DNA of 64,000 bases from a virus (lineage: Duplodnaviria > Caudoviricetes): IMG/VR virus record IMGVR_UViG_3300012007_000001, positions 55,238-119,237 of that record; one strand, given 5' to 3'. The notes below the pieces were generated by a model. It was given only the letters and a program-made list of their open reading frames with translations, was not told the DNA's origin and made no database searches. Every line of letters begins with the position of its first letter. Within the stretch, counting starts at the first letter, position 1. The position numbers and the translations under genes are program-made. Positions 26,938 through 36,955 of the stretch are shown piece by piece.

Positions 26938-28224
26938 ATGGCAACTTTAAAAGTAGAACTTGGCAATCCCGCGAAAGACGGTAGCCGCAAACTTTACATC
27001 ATCCTTTCACACGCCTGCACCCGCAGACGCATCCCGACAACTATATCTGTCGAAGGAAAGGAAGTGTCTGCCAAAACTGGCAGAATCATATCGTCACAGA
27101 AGCAGCACCTCATTGATGACTTGGTGGCAGAATACAAAAACAGGATTTATCAGCTTGACTTGGAACTGACTGGCGCACGGGTGGATGCCGATTACATCTA
27201 CCAGCGCATCACGTCATCGAAGCCGAAGAATGATGAATACGATTTCTTCCAGTTCACGGAAGAATGGCTCAAAGGTAAGGGCAAAGAGAAAAAGAACTAT
27301 GCCACGATGCTGAACTCTGTGGAAAAATACCTTGGGCGGCGCAAGCTGTCATTCAAGGATATTGACTACATGTTTCTAAAGGGATATTCTGACTACATGA
27401 GCCAGTATCAACGGGCGCAGTCGCACTATCTTGGACTAATTAGACACATCCACAACCTTGCACGGAAAACATACAACACAGACGGACAAACGGTAATACC
27501 TTCAACTGCCATCGAGAACTTCGATTTTCCACGTCAGCAGTTAAAGGGCGGCAGGGCTATGGATATTGACATCCTTCTGCGTGTGTTCCGCTACCAGCCT
27601 ATAGGCCGACGCGATACGCTTGCCCGTGACTGTGCCATCATTTCCTTCTGTTTCATGGGCATGAACTCCGTTGATATGTTCAATGCTACATCGTTCAAGC
27701 GGGGTGTGCTGGCCTACAACCGCACCAAGACCGAAGGGCGGCGTTCCGACAATGCCTATATCGAGGTCAAGATGTATGACCGTATCAAAGACTTGATGCG
27801 CAAGTATTCTGATGATACCCGCGTTTTCAGCTTTCACAAGCGATTCTCGACACCTGCCAGCTTCAACAGAGCACTGAACATCGGGCTAAAGACCATCATG
27901 GATGCCATCAATGCAGAAATTTCGCTGGAGAACAGGAAGCGGAAGCCAAAGGACAGGACAAAGATGCTTGATACCTTGCAATTCTACCAGTTTAGGCACA
28001 CATGGGCTACTGTAGCAAGAAACAATGTCGGAATAGACAAGTACACCGTTCACGAATGTTTGAACCATATCGACGCTGATACACGAATTGATGATGTCTA
28101 TATCAAGAAAGATTTCGGAATCGTCAATGCCGCTAATGCAAAGGTGTTGGATTATGTGTTTGGCCTGCTGGATGAACAAGAGCAACAAGAGAACAACAAG
28201 AAAGCAACAAGGTTAAACGTCTGA
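26938..28224 (+). CDS. int: Tyrosine integrase (Bacteroidetes type)
   Basis: N-terminal arm-binding domain, SAM-like domain, GMNSVD, YNRTKT, YQFRHTWAT, LNH, catalytic Y in DDVYIK. Confidence 0.95.
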   Translation: MATLKVELGNPAKDGSRKLYIILSHACTRRRIPTTISVEGKEVSAKTGRIISSQKQHLIDDLVAEYKNRIYQLDLELTGARVDADYIYQRITSSKPKNDEYDFFQFTEEWLKGKGKEKKNYATMLNSVEKYLGRRKLSFKDIDYMFLKGYSDYMSQYQRAQSHYLGLIRHIHNLARKTYNTDGQTVIPSTAIENFDFPRQQLKGGRAMDIDILLRVFRYQPIGRRDTLARDCAIISFCFMGMNSVDMFNATSFKRGVLAYNRTKTEGRRSDNAYIEVKMYDRIKDLMRKYSDDTRVFSFHKRFSTPASFNRALNIGLKTIMDAINAEISLENRKRKPKDRTKMLDTLQFYQFRHTWATVARNNVGIDKYTVHECLNHIDADTRIDDVYIKKDFGIVNAANAKVLDYVFGLLDEQEQQENNKKATRLNV

Positions 28225-28289
28225 TAATTAGAAAGTTCCTATCTTCGCAGAATAACAAACAACAAGAGGCTAACAAAAGGACAACAAGA

Positions 28290-28314
28290 AAGGGCGGTCA
28301 CATGGCCGTCCTTT
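28290..28314. terminator. Bidirectional terminator between convergent genes
   Basis: AAGGGCGGTCA-C-ATGGCCGTCCTTT hairpin. Confidence 0.65.
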
Positions 28315-28318
28315 TCCG

Positions 28319-28756
28319 TTATTCTTTCTTCGGTAGTAATGCCCTTAGATTCTCCAACACTTTATTCTTTCCGCATCCTATCCTTCTTTGTGTTTCTGAC
28401 ATTCTGTTTATTGTTTTTTCTGTAAATCGCAGAAAATCTTCAATGTTTGCCTGCATAACATCGTTAGGTGTAAGATACAACAAACCAAGATGCCTATCAT
28501 CCCCTTGCAACCATTCCGATTTCAAAACGAAGTAGTGCATCTTGCCTTTTATATAATATTGTATTTCCCAATGAGCAGGCTCCCAGCTGCTTGCTTCATA
28601 CCATTTAATTTCAACCTTCCTAACCTTCTGCTTTTCTACAGCAGCAAAATCTTCACCGCCATATACCCAATGCGAATAGCAGGTATCACCCACCTTTAAT
28701 ATTGGTACTGGTGGATGACATTTTTCTGTGTACCTATAAAATCTCTCTTCTTTCAT
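28319..28756 (-). CDS. Hypothetical protein (paralogue of 28753-29187)
   Basis: KVGDTCY..W....KVRKVEI...YYI. Confidence 0.7.
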   Translation of the reverse strand: MKEERFYRYTEKCHPPVPILKVGDTCYSHWVYGGEDFAAVEKQKVRKVEIKWYEASSWEPAHWEIQYYIKGKMHYFVLKSEWLQGDDRHLGLLYLTPNDVMQANIEDFLRFTEKTINRMSETQRRIGCGKNKVLENLRALLPKKE

Positions 28757-29187
28757 TTCACATGTAATAAGTTTCTTGCTTCACGTTCCGAATACCCTAT
28801 CTTCATTGCTTCATCACGTATCATAAACGACTTCTTTTGAAGAAACTCCTTCAATTTGATAAGGTTCTGTTCCATCGCCTCCCGTGGTGTGCCGTAAATC
28901 ATCAGGTAGTTCCAATGGTCTGCACCATAGCTGAATGGCAATCTGTAGCCAGTGATGTAGTAGTGAACGTGGTACTTTCCATCAATGTCAGACTTAGTAA
29001 CTTCAATTTTCTTAATCTTTCGCGGTGTGACCTTCTCGATTTCATCCAGCCCCCACAGACACGGGATATAGACTGTATCGCCGACGTTGAAGCGCGGCAC
29101 TGGCTTGATAGTTGCCAAGTCAATGACATCAGCATTCAGTGCAAGTTCCAGTTGGTGCGCCCTAATCTTTGCCTCTATTCTTTTCAT
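28753..29187 (-). CDS. Hypothetical protein (paralogue of 28319-28756)
   Basis: NVGDTVY...W....KIKKIEV...YYI. Confidence 0.7.
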   Translation of the reverse strand: MKRIEAKIRAHQLELALNADVIDLATIKPVPRFNVGDTVYIPCLWGLDEIEKVTPRKIKKIEVTKSDIDGKYHVHYYITGYRLPFSYGADHWNYLMIYGTPREAMEQNLIKLKEFLQKKSFMIRDEAMKIGYSEREARNLLHVK

Positions 29188-29491
29188 ACTCTTCGATTGC
29201 CTGTTTGCCTACATTGGTAATGCAATACCCTGTATTCGTTCCACTGAATGCACGACTATACCATTTCACCAGCCCCCTCTTTGCCATCTTGCCAAGCAGT
29301 GACCCAGCGCAAAGCCATGCCTTTTTACCAGCACATGCACCATTGCCGCCGTTGCTGACAGCTTCAAACAGATACCGCTTTTCTTCATCTTCACCCCACA
29401 ATGCAAGGGCAAAGCTATTAGCGGGCATCGGGCGTGAAAAGGTGGTTTTCTCCAGTACCTTCAATGCCTTATAGGTCTTTTCCGTAATCAT
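29162..29491 (-). CDS. wHTH-like hypothetical protein
   Basis: LGKMAKRGLV...YCITNVGKQAI. Confidence 0.65.
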   Translation of the reverse strand: MITEKTYKALKVLEKTTFSRPMPANSFALALWGEDEEKRYLFEAVSNGGNGACAGKKAWLCAGSLLGKMAKRGLVKWYSRAFSGTNTGYCITNVGKQAIEEYEKNRGKD

Positions 29492-30437
29492 ACTTTAGTA
29501 ACATCCATTTCACCATTAAAATACTTCATCGTTGGATTGCGCCAGTCACATGAAAGACATTTGACCATACGTTTCCCGTCATTACGAATGTACTTTTTCA
29601 TAACAAGAAACGTGTTGCACGTCCTTTTTGATTCAAACAATGCGTATTTCCTTTTAGTACGAAACACATCGCCATCTGCCAAATCAAACAGCATCATAAC
29701 GTCTTGACACAACGCAGGGCGAAATCCAGTGCTTCAATCTGATGCTGGCACTTCGCGGCCTTGTCATACAACTTCAACTTTTCAGCATCCTGCATTTCCG
29801 CATTCAGCTTTTCGACCTTCTCCTCGATGGTCTGAATAATCAACTTTCTATCTTCCATATCAACCTAATATTTTATTGTGAATTTTCTCTTGCAGTTCAA
29901 TATGAATATCCTGCAATCCTGTTTCAAAATACTGCGCTTCCGCTGTTGGAGAAAATATGCCCTTCAATGACAGACAATGAAGATAATGACATTTCTCCAG
30001 CATCTCCAGTTGTTTTGCCGTGAACTTTTTACGCTTCACGTCTTTTAATTTCATCTTTGCCATATTACTTATAATTTACCATTCGTTTAACCGTGAATAA
30101 TAATCTTTCTAACACATCTATTTTGTCATCGCTTTCTTGAACATCGTCAATAATAGCAATCAATTCTTCGCGTTCTTTCTTCGTCATGGCCTATTCCTCC
30201 ATCGCTTTACGAAAATCATCAAACATATAGTCAATGTCACGTCCTTTTACAAGATAGTCATTTATATGGCTTTTCAGCCATTCGCAAGCATCATCTATTA
30301 CTTTCTTGTTTGACCATTCCACGATTCTTACGGCCACGCCAGTAGTTACCTCATAGTCGGATAAAAGTTCATGCCCTATTTCGGTCATCAACTCTGCCGC
30401 CTTTTTCCGTACTTCTTCTTGTTTAATCATCATATTG

Positions 30438-32306
30438 TTACTTGAAATATTTGTTTCTGAATGCCTGTGAAAACAGTGTGCGCTCTACCAGTGTATAGGT
30501 CTCTTTCTCCTTTGCCGTGATAGGCCGCTTCCACTTCAACCTGTTCTTTATCGTATCAATGGCCACACGCACAATCGACTCAGCTGTTATGCCGTCTTTC
30601 GGCTGTAAGCCCTTTGCCATCATCTGACCCACGAACATCTTTATATATTCGTTTTCAGCCTCCAGTTCTTTCAGGTACATGGTCTTGAACTCCTTCAACA
30701 AACGCACAAATCTGTAATACTTTGACCTGTGCAGGCGCGAATTGAGGTAGTACTCAACATCTTCAATCTTCATGTCATCGTAATTCAGAATGCCGTCGTT
30801 GTCAAGGGCGACCCGAATTGAAACGCGATTCTTCCGCTTGCTATCTTCCCAATAACCGCGTACCTCATTCGTTGGCATGTATTTAATCAAGAAATCGTAA
30901 TTATCCCAATAGCCTTTACGCAAACCATCATCCAGTTTCTCCAGTGTGTAGATTCCGCTGGCTGGCAGTTCAGGGGCAGACCATTTGTTAGTGTAGTATT
31001 TCACGAAATCATGCTCGTCATTAAAATGATAGCCGCGTTCCGTGCTATACTTCGCTACTATAATCAACACGCGCTTACCTTCGCAAAGCTGGCTGTTCAT
31101 AGACTTCATCCATTCTTCGACAGACGGCCTACCATCGCCAAGTGCTCTGCTGGCATCCAGTTCATACCGAAGCTGAATCTGTTCATCCGTGAATCCTTCC
31201 ATCTTGATAAGACTGCCTGTAACGGTGTGCGGCGAAAACACATCGGAGCGTTCTACCAATCCCTGCATCAAGAAAGCCACCTGCGTATATTGCTTGCGAA
31301 AACTTTCTGATTCAAGTGTTCCGCTGACATGTGTGTACTGCCTCTCCTTTTCAAGAATCTTTAGGTATTCTTCTTTGTTCGGGTACATCCTATCAAACAG
31401 ATAGATGTGTTCAGAATCTATCTTATAGAGGTTCTCACCGTTCCGAATAAGAAATACCGTATGATGGTTGGGTATATTCATTATCCTGTTTGTCATTGCA
31501 CCGCCAATGCTGCCTTCTTCTGCATACTTCTTATCCGTCCGACGCGGCTTGACGGCCACCATAGACTTCTCGTCAGGCATGAACTCCTTGAAGCGGTCAT
31601 TCTGCAACAGCCATTCGTCGAACTTGTCAACCTTCTGCCAGTCGAAATCGTCATCAATCAATGCCAGTTCCTCATCCATAAAGATTACGGCCTGCCTGAA
31701 TACTATCGGAGTGGTTTCGGGTGCTGGTTCGCCAGCGTGTAACTGTTCCACGCTTTCCTTGATGCCCGCATAGGTCTCGATGGTCTGAATGACATAATCC
31801 AGCCTTTTGACCTCACGCCCCATCTTTTCTATCATATCACGCATAGGCCGAAGCCGTGCCTCCAGTTCCCGTGTTTTCCGCTGAATCATTATATCAGCAT
31901 ACTTTCGGGTCTTTTCGGCCACGATTGCAGCCCTGTTGATATTCTCACGCAGAATCATCAAAGTGTCTTTACTGCCAAGCGACATCAAAGCCGTATCGCT
32001 GCTTTCCGTAAACTCTTCAAAGGTTTCTCCGTTCAGCAGTCTTTCGGCCATCTGCTTAATCTTTTCGACATCAACACCCAGCACACTGTAATAATGCAGG
32101 TTGTCTTTTCCGATTCTGTAATCCTTCTTGAAGGTGTTATCTATCACCTCCAGCGTTTCAGGGTTCACAGTGTCAACGACTACGCTCCCATCATCATTGA
32201 CGGCCTTAATCCTGTAGATGTCATCACGGTCGTACAGGTAGCATCCGACCTTCAACTCTTCATTGACGGCCAGCTGCAAATCCGCTTTCTTGATGATTCC
32301 GTTCAT
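30438..32306 (-). CDS. Large hypothetical phage protein (622 aa) with coiled coil
   Basis: Long ORF; motifs RQAVIFMDEE, LIRNGENLY, QGLVERS; function not recognised. Confidence 0.85.
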   Translation of the reverse strand: MNGIIKKADLQLAVNEELKVGCYLYDRDDIYRIKAVNDDGSVVVDTVNPETLEVIDNTFKKDYRIGKDNLHYYSVLGVDVEKIKQMAERLLNGETFEEFTESSDTALMSLGSKDTLMILRENINRAAIVAEKTRKYADIMIQRKTRELEARLRPMRDMIEKMGREVKRLDYVIQTIETYAGIKESVEQLHAGEPAPETTPIVFRQAVIFMDEELALIDDDFDWQKVDKFDEWLLQNDRFKEFMPDEKSMVAVKPRRTDKKYAEEGSIGGAMTNRIMNIPNHHTVFLIRNGENLYKIDSEHIYLFDRMYPNKEEYLKILEKERQYTHVSGTLESESFRKQYTQVAFLMQGLVERSDVFSPHTVTGSLIKMEGFTDEQIQLRYELDASRALGDGRPSVEEWMKSMNSQLCEGKRVLIIVAKYSTERGYHFNDEHDFVKYYTNKWSAPELPASGIYTLEKLDDGLRKGYWDNYDFLIKYMPTNEVRGYWEDSKRKNRVSIRVALDNDGILNYDDMKIEDVEYYLNSRLHRSKYYRFVRLLKEFKTMYLKELEAENEYIKMFVGQMMAKGLQPKDGITAESIVRVAIDTIKNRLKWKRPITAKEKETYTLVERTLFSQAFRNKYFK

Positions 32307-32835
32307 ATTCTAAATGGTTTTGAATGATTCTTATTTATACTTTTCTGCATACCAGTCCATCGCCATGTCCTCAAAATGGCCGACGCTGGCATCTTTGGAT
32401 TCGTCACCGTATTTTGCGGCGACTTCCGCTCTTGATGAAATGTACTCGACCTTTTCACCGTCTTTTCTTTCAAACCGCATCTCATACCGCTCATCGTGTT
32501 CACAATAGCGTGACATGCTTTTCAAATCGTGCTCTATGGTGAAGAGCAAAAACTTCTTGTCTTCCATTTTTCCGTTTTTTATTATAAGACCTTTTTTAAT
32601 TTGTTCAGTGCTTCGTCGCGTGTCTTGCCCCAACAGGCAGGATTCACATTGCCGTCATTGTCGATGATTTCAGCAGCAAGATACCAAAAATCATATTCCC
32701 ATTCGCTGTATTCCTTCTTGGCTTCACGAATCGTTTCAAACTCATCCACAATATCCTGTGTGCCTTTGTTGCACACTGCAATACTGATGCAGATGGTATA
32801 ACCTTTATACTTAACTTCCTTCATTTCCGTATGCT

Positions 32836-33354
32836 TTAGAATGTTTGACCCCAGCCCTCATTACGATGGTATTCAGCCAGCTTGCAGCCGAAACTATTGT
32901 AATAATAGACCACTTCATCACGTTCCTTGGTGTAGTCACCCTCTTGGGCTGTCTGCTGTAGGTAAGCCATGAACTCATCCTCGCTGACATGCGCCCTGTT
33001 GTACTCGTCGAAATCCAGTATCTTCATATTGAATGCTTTTGGCAGTTTCCTTGTCTGTTTCCGAAATCCGTTGTGCCACTTACAGGCATCAATGAAATCT
33101 GCTGTCGTGACCTTTTCGCCATCGCCAAGCAGGTGCATCAGCTGTGCAAAAACCTCTATCGGGCAACTGTGCGCCCTTCCGTTTATCTGAGCCGTCACAA
33201 CAAAGGCATTCTGCCTGTTGTCGTATTCGCAGACGGCATCACATTCAAGGTAGGCTTTGGCAAGTTCTGTCATCGCCCTGCACTCTTGCATGTACTTACC
33301 CAATGCAACCTGTGCGCGTTGTGCGACCTTCCGCAGCTTTGTTTCATCTTTCAT
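32836..33354 (-). CDS. Hypothetical phage protein
   Basis: 172-aa ORF in operon. Confidence 0.7.
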   Translation of the reverse strand: MKDETKLRKVAQRAQVALGKYMQECRAMTELAKAYLECDAVCEYDNRQNAFVVTAQINGRAHSCPIEVFAQLMHLLGDGEKVTTADFIDACKWHNGFRKQTRKLPKAFNMKILDFDEYNRAHVSEDEFMAYLQQTAQEGDYTKERDEVVYYYNSFGCKLAEYHRNEGWGQTF

Positions 33355-33878
33355 AAGTTCGGCCAGTATTTATAATCGTTCTCGTTCAATCTGTCACTGA
33401 ATACATTTCTCATGTGGGTATCTTCAAACGGCTTGTTACCGTGATTCTTGACCCTGTAGATGTATTGCTCTGCATCATCATCGACCTGTGCATACTTCCA
33501 GCGTTCCAAGGCAGCGTAGAATGTTCGCTTCTCGTCGGCTGTCAGGTCTGAATAGCTGCAAAGCGTTCTTTCATGCGCCTGTTCATACAATCCGACTATA
33601 GCGGCCAGTTCGATGCTGATATTGCCTTTCATCGGTTCTTTGACATAAATCCTGAACAGGTCTCTCAATCCGAAACGAATGGGTATCTGATTCCATTTGT
33701 TCGGCTCAAGCCCCTTGCGATGCAGCAGGGTTGCAATATCCGTCGTTGTCTTGACTGCTGGTTTATTCATATCCTTAGAAGCACTTATATACCTTATTAT
33801 ATATATTCTCTCCGTGTAATACCTTGATGACGGCCAGCATAGCGTTCTGCATATCATATCGCTTGTTACAGTCATCAA
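33351..33878 (-). CDS. Hypothetical phage protein (true start probably at MNKPAV)
   Basis: ORF in operon; 5' extension overlaps the upstream gene. Confidence 0.65.
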   Translation of the reverse strand: MMTVTSDMICRTLCWPSSRYYTERIYIIRYISASKDMNKPAVKTTTDIATLLHRKGLEPNKWNQIPIRFGLRDLFRIYVKEPMKGNISIELAAIVGLYEQAHERTLCSYSDLTADEKRTFYAALERWKYAQVDDDAEQYIYRVKNHGNKPFEDTHMRNVFSDRLNENDYKYWPNL

Positions 33879-34035
33879 TCGTCATGCAATCCTTATCCAG
33901 TAGGCTGTCGAAATACTTTTTGAAGTCTTTCAGCCCGAAGTATTTGGCAACCTCTGAGCATACCTCTGTGTGCAAGTTATCGGCGGTCATATCCTGCCAC
34001 TCCATAACCTTCTGAATGAATGTTTTCTTTGCCAT
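33775..34035 (-). CDS. First gene of the leftward block, preceded by the conserved leader
   Basis: 86-aa ORF; leader at 34044-34084. Confidence 0.75.
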   Translation of the reverse strand: MAKKTFIQKVMEWQDMTADNLHTEVCSEVAKYFGLKDFKKYFDSLLDKDCMTIDDCNKRYDMQNAMLAVIKVLHGENIYNKVYKCF

Positions 34036-34100
34036 ATCTCTTGTGCCTTTGTTTATGCTGTCGGCAGCAGTCTAAATGTTGTTGTTTCTGTTATCTGATG

Positions 34101-34237
34101 CAAATTTACGAATAATATTTGAATTGACAATGAAATATTTAATTTTTAACACAAAATTAACCTTTGCTAAATAAAGTTATTAAATTAAAGATTTTAGACT
34201 AAAAGTTTGCATAATAAATTTATTTGCTTTATCTTTG
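34101..34237. promoter_or_regulatory. Divergent promoter pair with two palindromic operators
   Basis: TAAATTTG (minus, 34101-34108); TTTG-N20-TATCTTTG (plus, 34206-34237); operators at 34169-34182 and 34212-34225. Confidence 0.75.
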
Positions 34238-34308
34238 CACCCATAAAGCGAAAGCAAAACCATTTAGAAGCGGATGCGCCAACCGTTCAAACAGGCACGT
34301 AATATAAT

Positions 34309-34659
34309 ATGTATAAGGTAGATGAACATAGGCACTATAAACAGATACTCTTAGAACTTTCAGATGACAAGCTGAAAAACGAAATTATGCGCCTTTACGG
34401 TGACAGATTCAGGTTTCTCCAGTCGAAGGGAGCAAACACAGATACCTATATCAAGAAGGTACGCGATAACGAGTACATTATGAAGGTGTGGAACTGCAAC
34501 TACAGATGGGCAGACGGTGAGATATTCGGCGAGATTGCACCCTGTAAGAACAACACAGACCATACTATTACATTCACGAAGCATGGCGACCAGTGGCGCG
34601 TCATACACTTTCAACGGAGATATTACGGACAGTCAGACATCAATACTCAATTACAATAA
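34309..34659 (+). CDS. First gene of the rightward block, preceded by the conserved leader
   Basis: 116-aa ORF; leader at 34256-34297. Confidence 0.75.
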   Translation: MYKVDEHRHYKQILLELSDDKLKNEIMRLYGDRFRFLQSKGANTDTYIKKVRDNEYIMKVWNCNYRWADGEIFGEIAPCKNNTDHTITFTKHGDQWRVIHFQRRYYGQSDINTQLQ

Positions 34660-35091
34660 TTATGGTACAGACAACAAAGGAATACAAAGACGATAAGGTG
34701 ATTGCACATATCACTATTGATGACCGTCAGCCGTTTGCACTGGCTTTCAACAGCGAACAGGAGATGCAGCGACTCGGTGAGTGTCTAATCGACCTTGCGC
34801 GTGGGTGCAGGTCAGCAAAAATCGGATAGCATGAGTACAGACTGCGATTTACTGAAAGAACTGCGGAAAGAACGCAGGACGAACAAAGAAGGTGGCAGGA
34901 TTGACTATGCCATCAGGCAAATCACAGAACTCGGCTATAAGGTGTCAATGGAAGGTAATACGGCCATCAGTTTCATCTTTATGGGTGAGCGCGTCATGGT
35001 GTACCCTTATACTGGATGGTTCACTGGCAAGACGGTGAAAGACGGTCGCGGAATACAGAACTTACTTAAACAGATAAAACAGAAATAGGTA

Positions 35092-35571
35092 ATGGCAAAG
35101 TACGGAGGCGAAGAATATAAGGACATGTACGGCATTCGTGAAATCAGATTCAGAGGCCGTGTGGTGAACATGTGCAAGGAACTGAGCACGGACTTATACA
35201 CCATTGCAGAAGCATGGGTATATGGCGACTTGATTCAGGATGGCGAGAAATACTACATCAAAGACAGGCATAGCATGAATCTTATACCTGTACCGAAGGA
35301 AACCATCTGTGAATATACTGGAGTCAACGGTTGCCATAGCAAGCTGTATGAAAACGACATCCTGAAAAGGGGCAAAAACCTGTATATTGTCACATGGAAA
35401 GAAGGTGCTTTCGGCCTTGAGAATGTCAAGACAGGGCGTTTCAAGCCGTTCTATCAGATTACGACCATAACATATTGGGAAGATAACTATGAACATATCG
35501 GAAACACTATCGACAATCCTAACTTGATAAACAAAGATATATGCGAACAATTCAATTCAGAGCAAAGGTAA
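35092..35571 (+). CDS. YopX-family protein
   Basis: REIRFRG, WVYGDL, EYTG, LYENDIL, IGNTIDNP. Confidence 0.85.
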   Translation: MAKYGGEEYKDMYGIREIRFRGRVVNMCKELSTDLYTIAEAWVYGDLIQDGEKYYIKDRHSMNLIPVPKETICEYTGVNGCHSKLYENDILKRGKNLYIVTWKEGAFGLENVKTGRFKPFYQITTITYWEDNYEHIGNTIDNPNLINKDICEQFNSEQR

Positions 35572-35972
35572 AAAAGACCCGTGCGGAAAACGCATTCGGT
35601 AAGAAGCCCGACGATGGCACTTGGGTTACAGGCGACTTGCATTATTACAATACAGGCCACCCGCATATTCATTACGACTTAAATCACCGAATTTCTGTTG
35701 ATGTTGATACCGTCGGCCAGTACACAGGCATGTATGACTCCAACGGAAAGCAGATTTGGGAGGGTGACATCATCAAGGCTACCAACATTGAAGATAGCCC
35801 GAACCTTGGAAAAGAACTCTTGGGGTATGTCGGTTATGATGAAGAGATAGCCGCCTTTATCCTGATACACCCTGACGGCAAGCATGGCGGCACTTTGTAT
35901 AAGAACAACGATTGCACCGTGCTGGAAGTAGTCGGAAATATCCATGACAACCCCGAACTCTTAAAAAAGTAG
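35541..35972 (+). CDS. YopX-family protein
   Basis: RTIQFRAK, TVGQYTG.YDSNGKQIWEGDII, EVVGNIHDNPELL. Confidence 0.92.
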   Translation: MRTIQFRAKVKKTRAENAFGKKPDDGTWVTGDLHYYNTGHPHIHYDLNHRISVDVDTVGQYTGMYDSNGKQIWEGDIIKATNIEDSPNLGKELLGYVGYDEEIAAFILIHPDGKHGGTLYKNNDCTVLEVVGNIHDNPELLKK

Positions 35973-35975
35973 GCA

Positions 35976-36368
35976 ATGAACAACGACGAACGCAAAATAG
36001 AGAATCTGAATAAGGTTTTCAAGCCTGAACAGGCTGCACAGATATACGTGGCCAACGTGCCTCTTTTGGAAGGCCATCAAGGATTTACATATTCGCAGAT
36101 GCGCCAAACATTCACGGCTGGCGTGACATGGGCAAACGAACTGGAGAAACGAAGTTACAAATCCCGCTTCAATGAGGGATGGTGGAACTGCCTCGATTCT
36201 TTCTACCAGCAGACATCCAATGAATCAGCAGCATACAAGGTGATGGATGAAGCTGGCATTGCAGAGCGCGAGGTGCTATGGGCTATCAAGATGGGCATTG
36301 TCGGTGAAACGACAACTAACATGCTAAAGGAATATGCGAAAGACCGTTTTAATACAGATATGGTATGA
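35976..36368 (+). CDS. Hypothetical phage protein
   Basis: 130-aa ORF in operon. Confidence 0.7.
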   Translation: MNNDERKIENLNKVFKPEQAAQIYVANVPLLEGHQGFTYSQMRQTFTAGVTWANELEKRSYKSRFNEGWWNCLDSFYQQTSNESAAYKVMDEAGIAEREVLWAIKMGIVGETTTNMLKEYAKDRFNTDMV

Positions 36369-36955
36369 CAGACATTGAAATCAGATTGGAACTGGCAAAG
36401 GCCGCGTTAATGGGTAACATACCGCTGACGCTGCAAGAAGCCTACGAATTTGTGTCGAATGGCGTAAATGCAGAAAGAGCCGACATCGAAGAGCCTGCAA
36501 GCGGTGTGCCTAATCATCCTTTAGGTGACACCTACGAGGAACAGGAGGCAGCGGAAGAAAAGATTGCCAACAATATCTACTGTTATATTCGCGGGATGAA
36601 CAAATACGATGCCAATGAGATTATTCGCAACTTGCTCGACCCCCGACAAGTCAGTTTGAACTCTGCGACGAAGATTGCACGACTATTCATTACAGCACAT
36701 GCCAAAGAAACCATTCTGCAAGAATTGAAGGATGGGAACATCAAAGGAACTGTGCCAGTCATGCGCGAAGTTGAAATTCGTCATGGATATACAAAGCCAT
36801 ACGAAATGACAAAACGCACACAGCCTGTCGGAAGCTATGAATTTGACGTGGCCTCCTTGGTGTACTGGCTGACACAGCACTATCAATGCAGGGTGATAGA
36901 CAGTAACCTGCAAAAGATTATTCGTGAATGTTGCAAAAAACATACTAAAAGATGA
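36365..36955 (+). CDS. Hypothetical phage protein
   Basis: 196-aa ORF with ATGA overlaps. Confidence 0.75.
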   Translation: MTDIEIRLELAKAALMGNIPLTLQEAYEFVSNGVNAERADIEEPASGVPNHPLGDTYEEQEAAEEKIANNIYCYIRGMNKYDANEIIRNLLDPRQVSLNSATKIARLFITAHAKETILQELKDGNIKGTVPVMREVEIRHGYTKPYEMTKRTQPVGSYEFDVASLVYWLTQHYQCRVIDSNLQKIIRECCKKHTKR

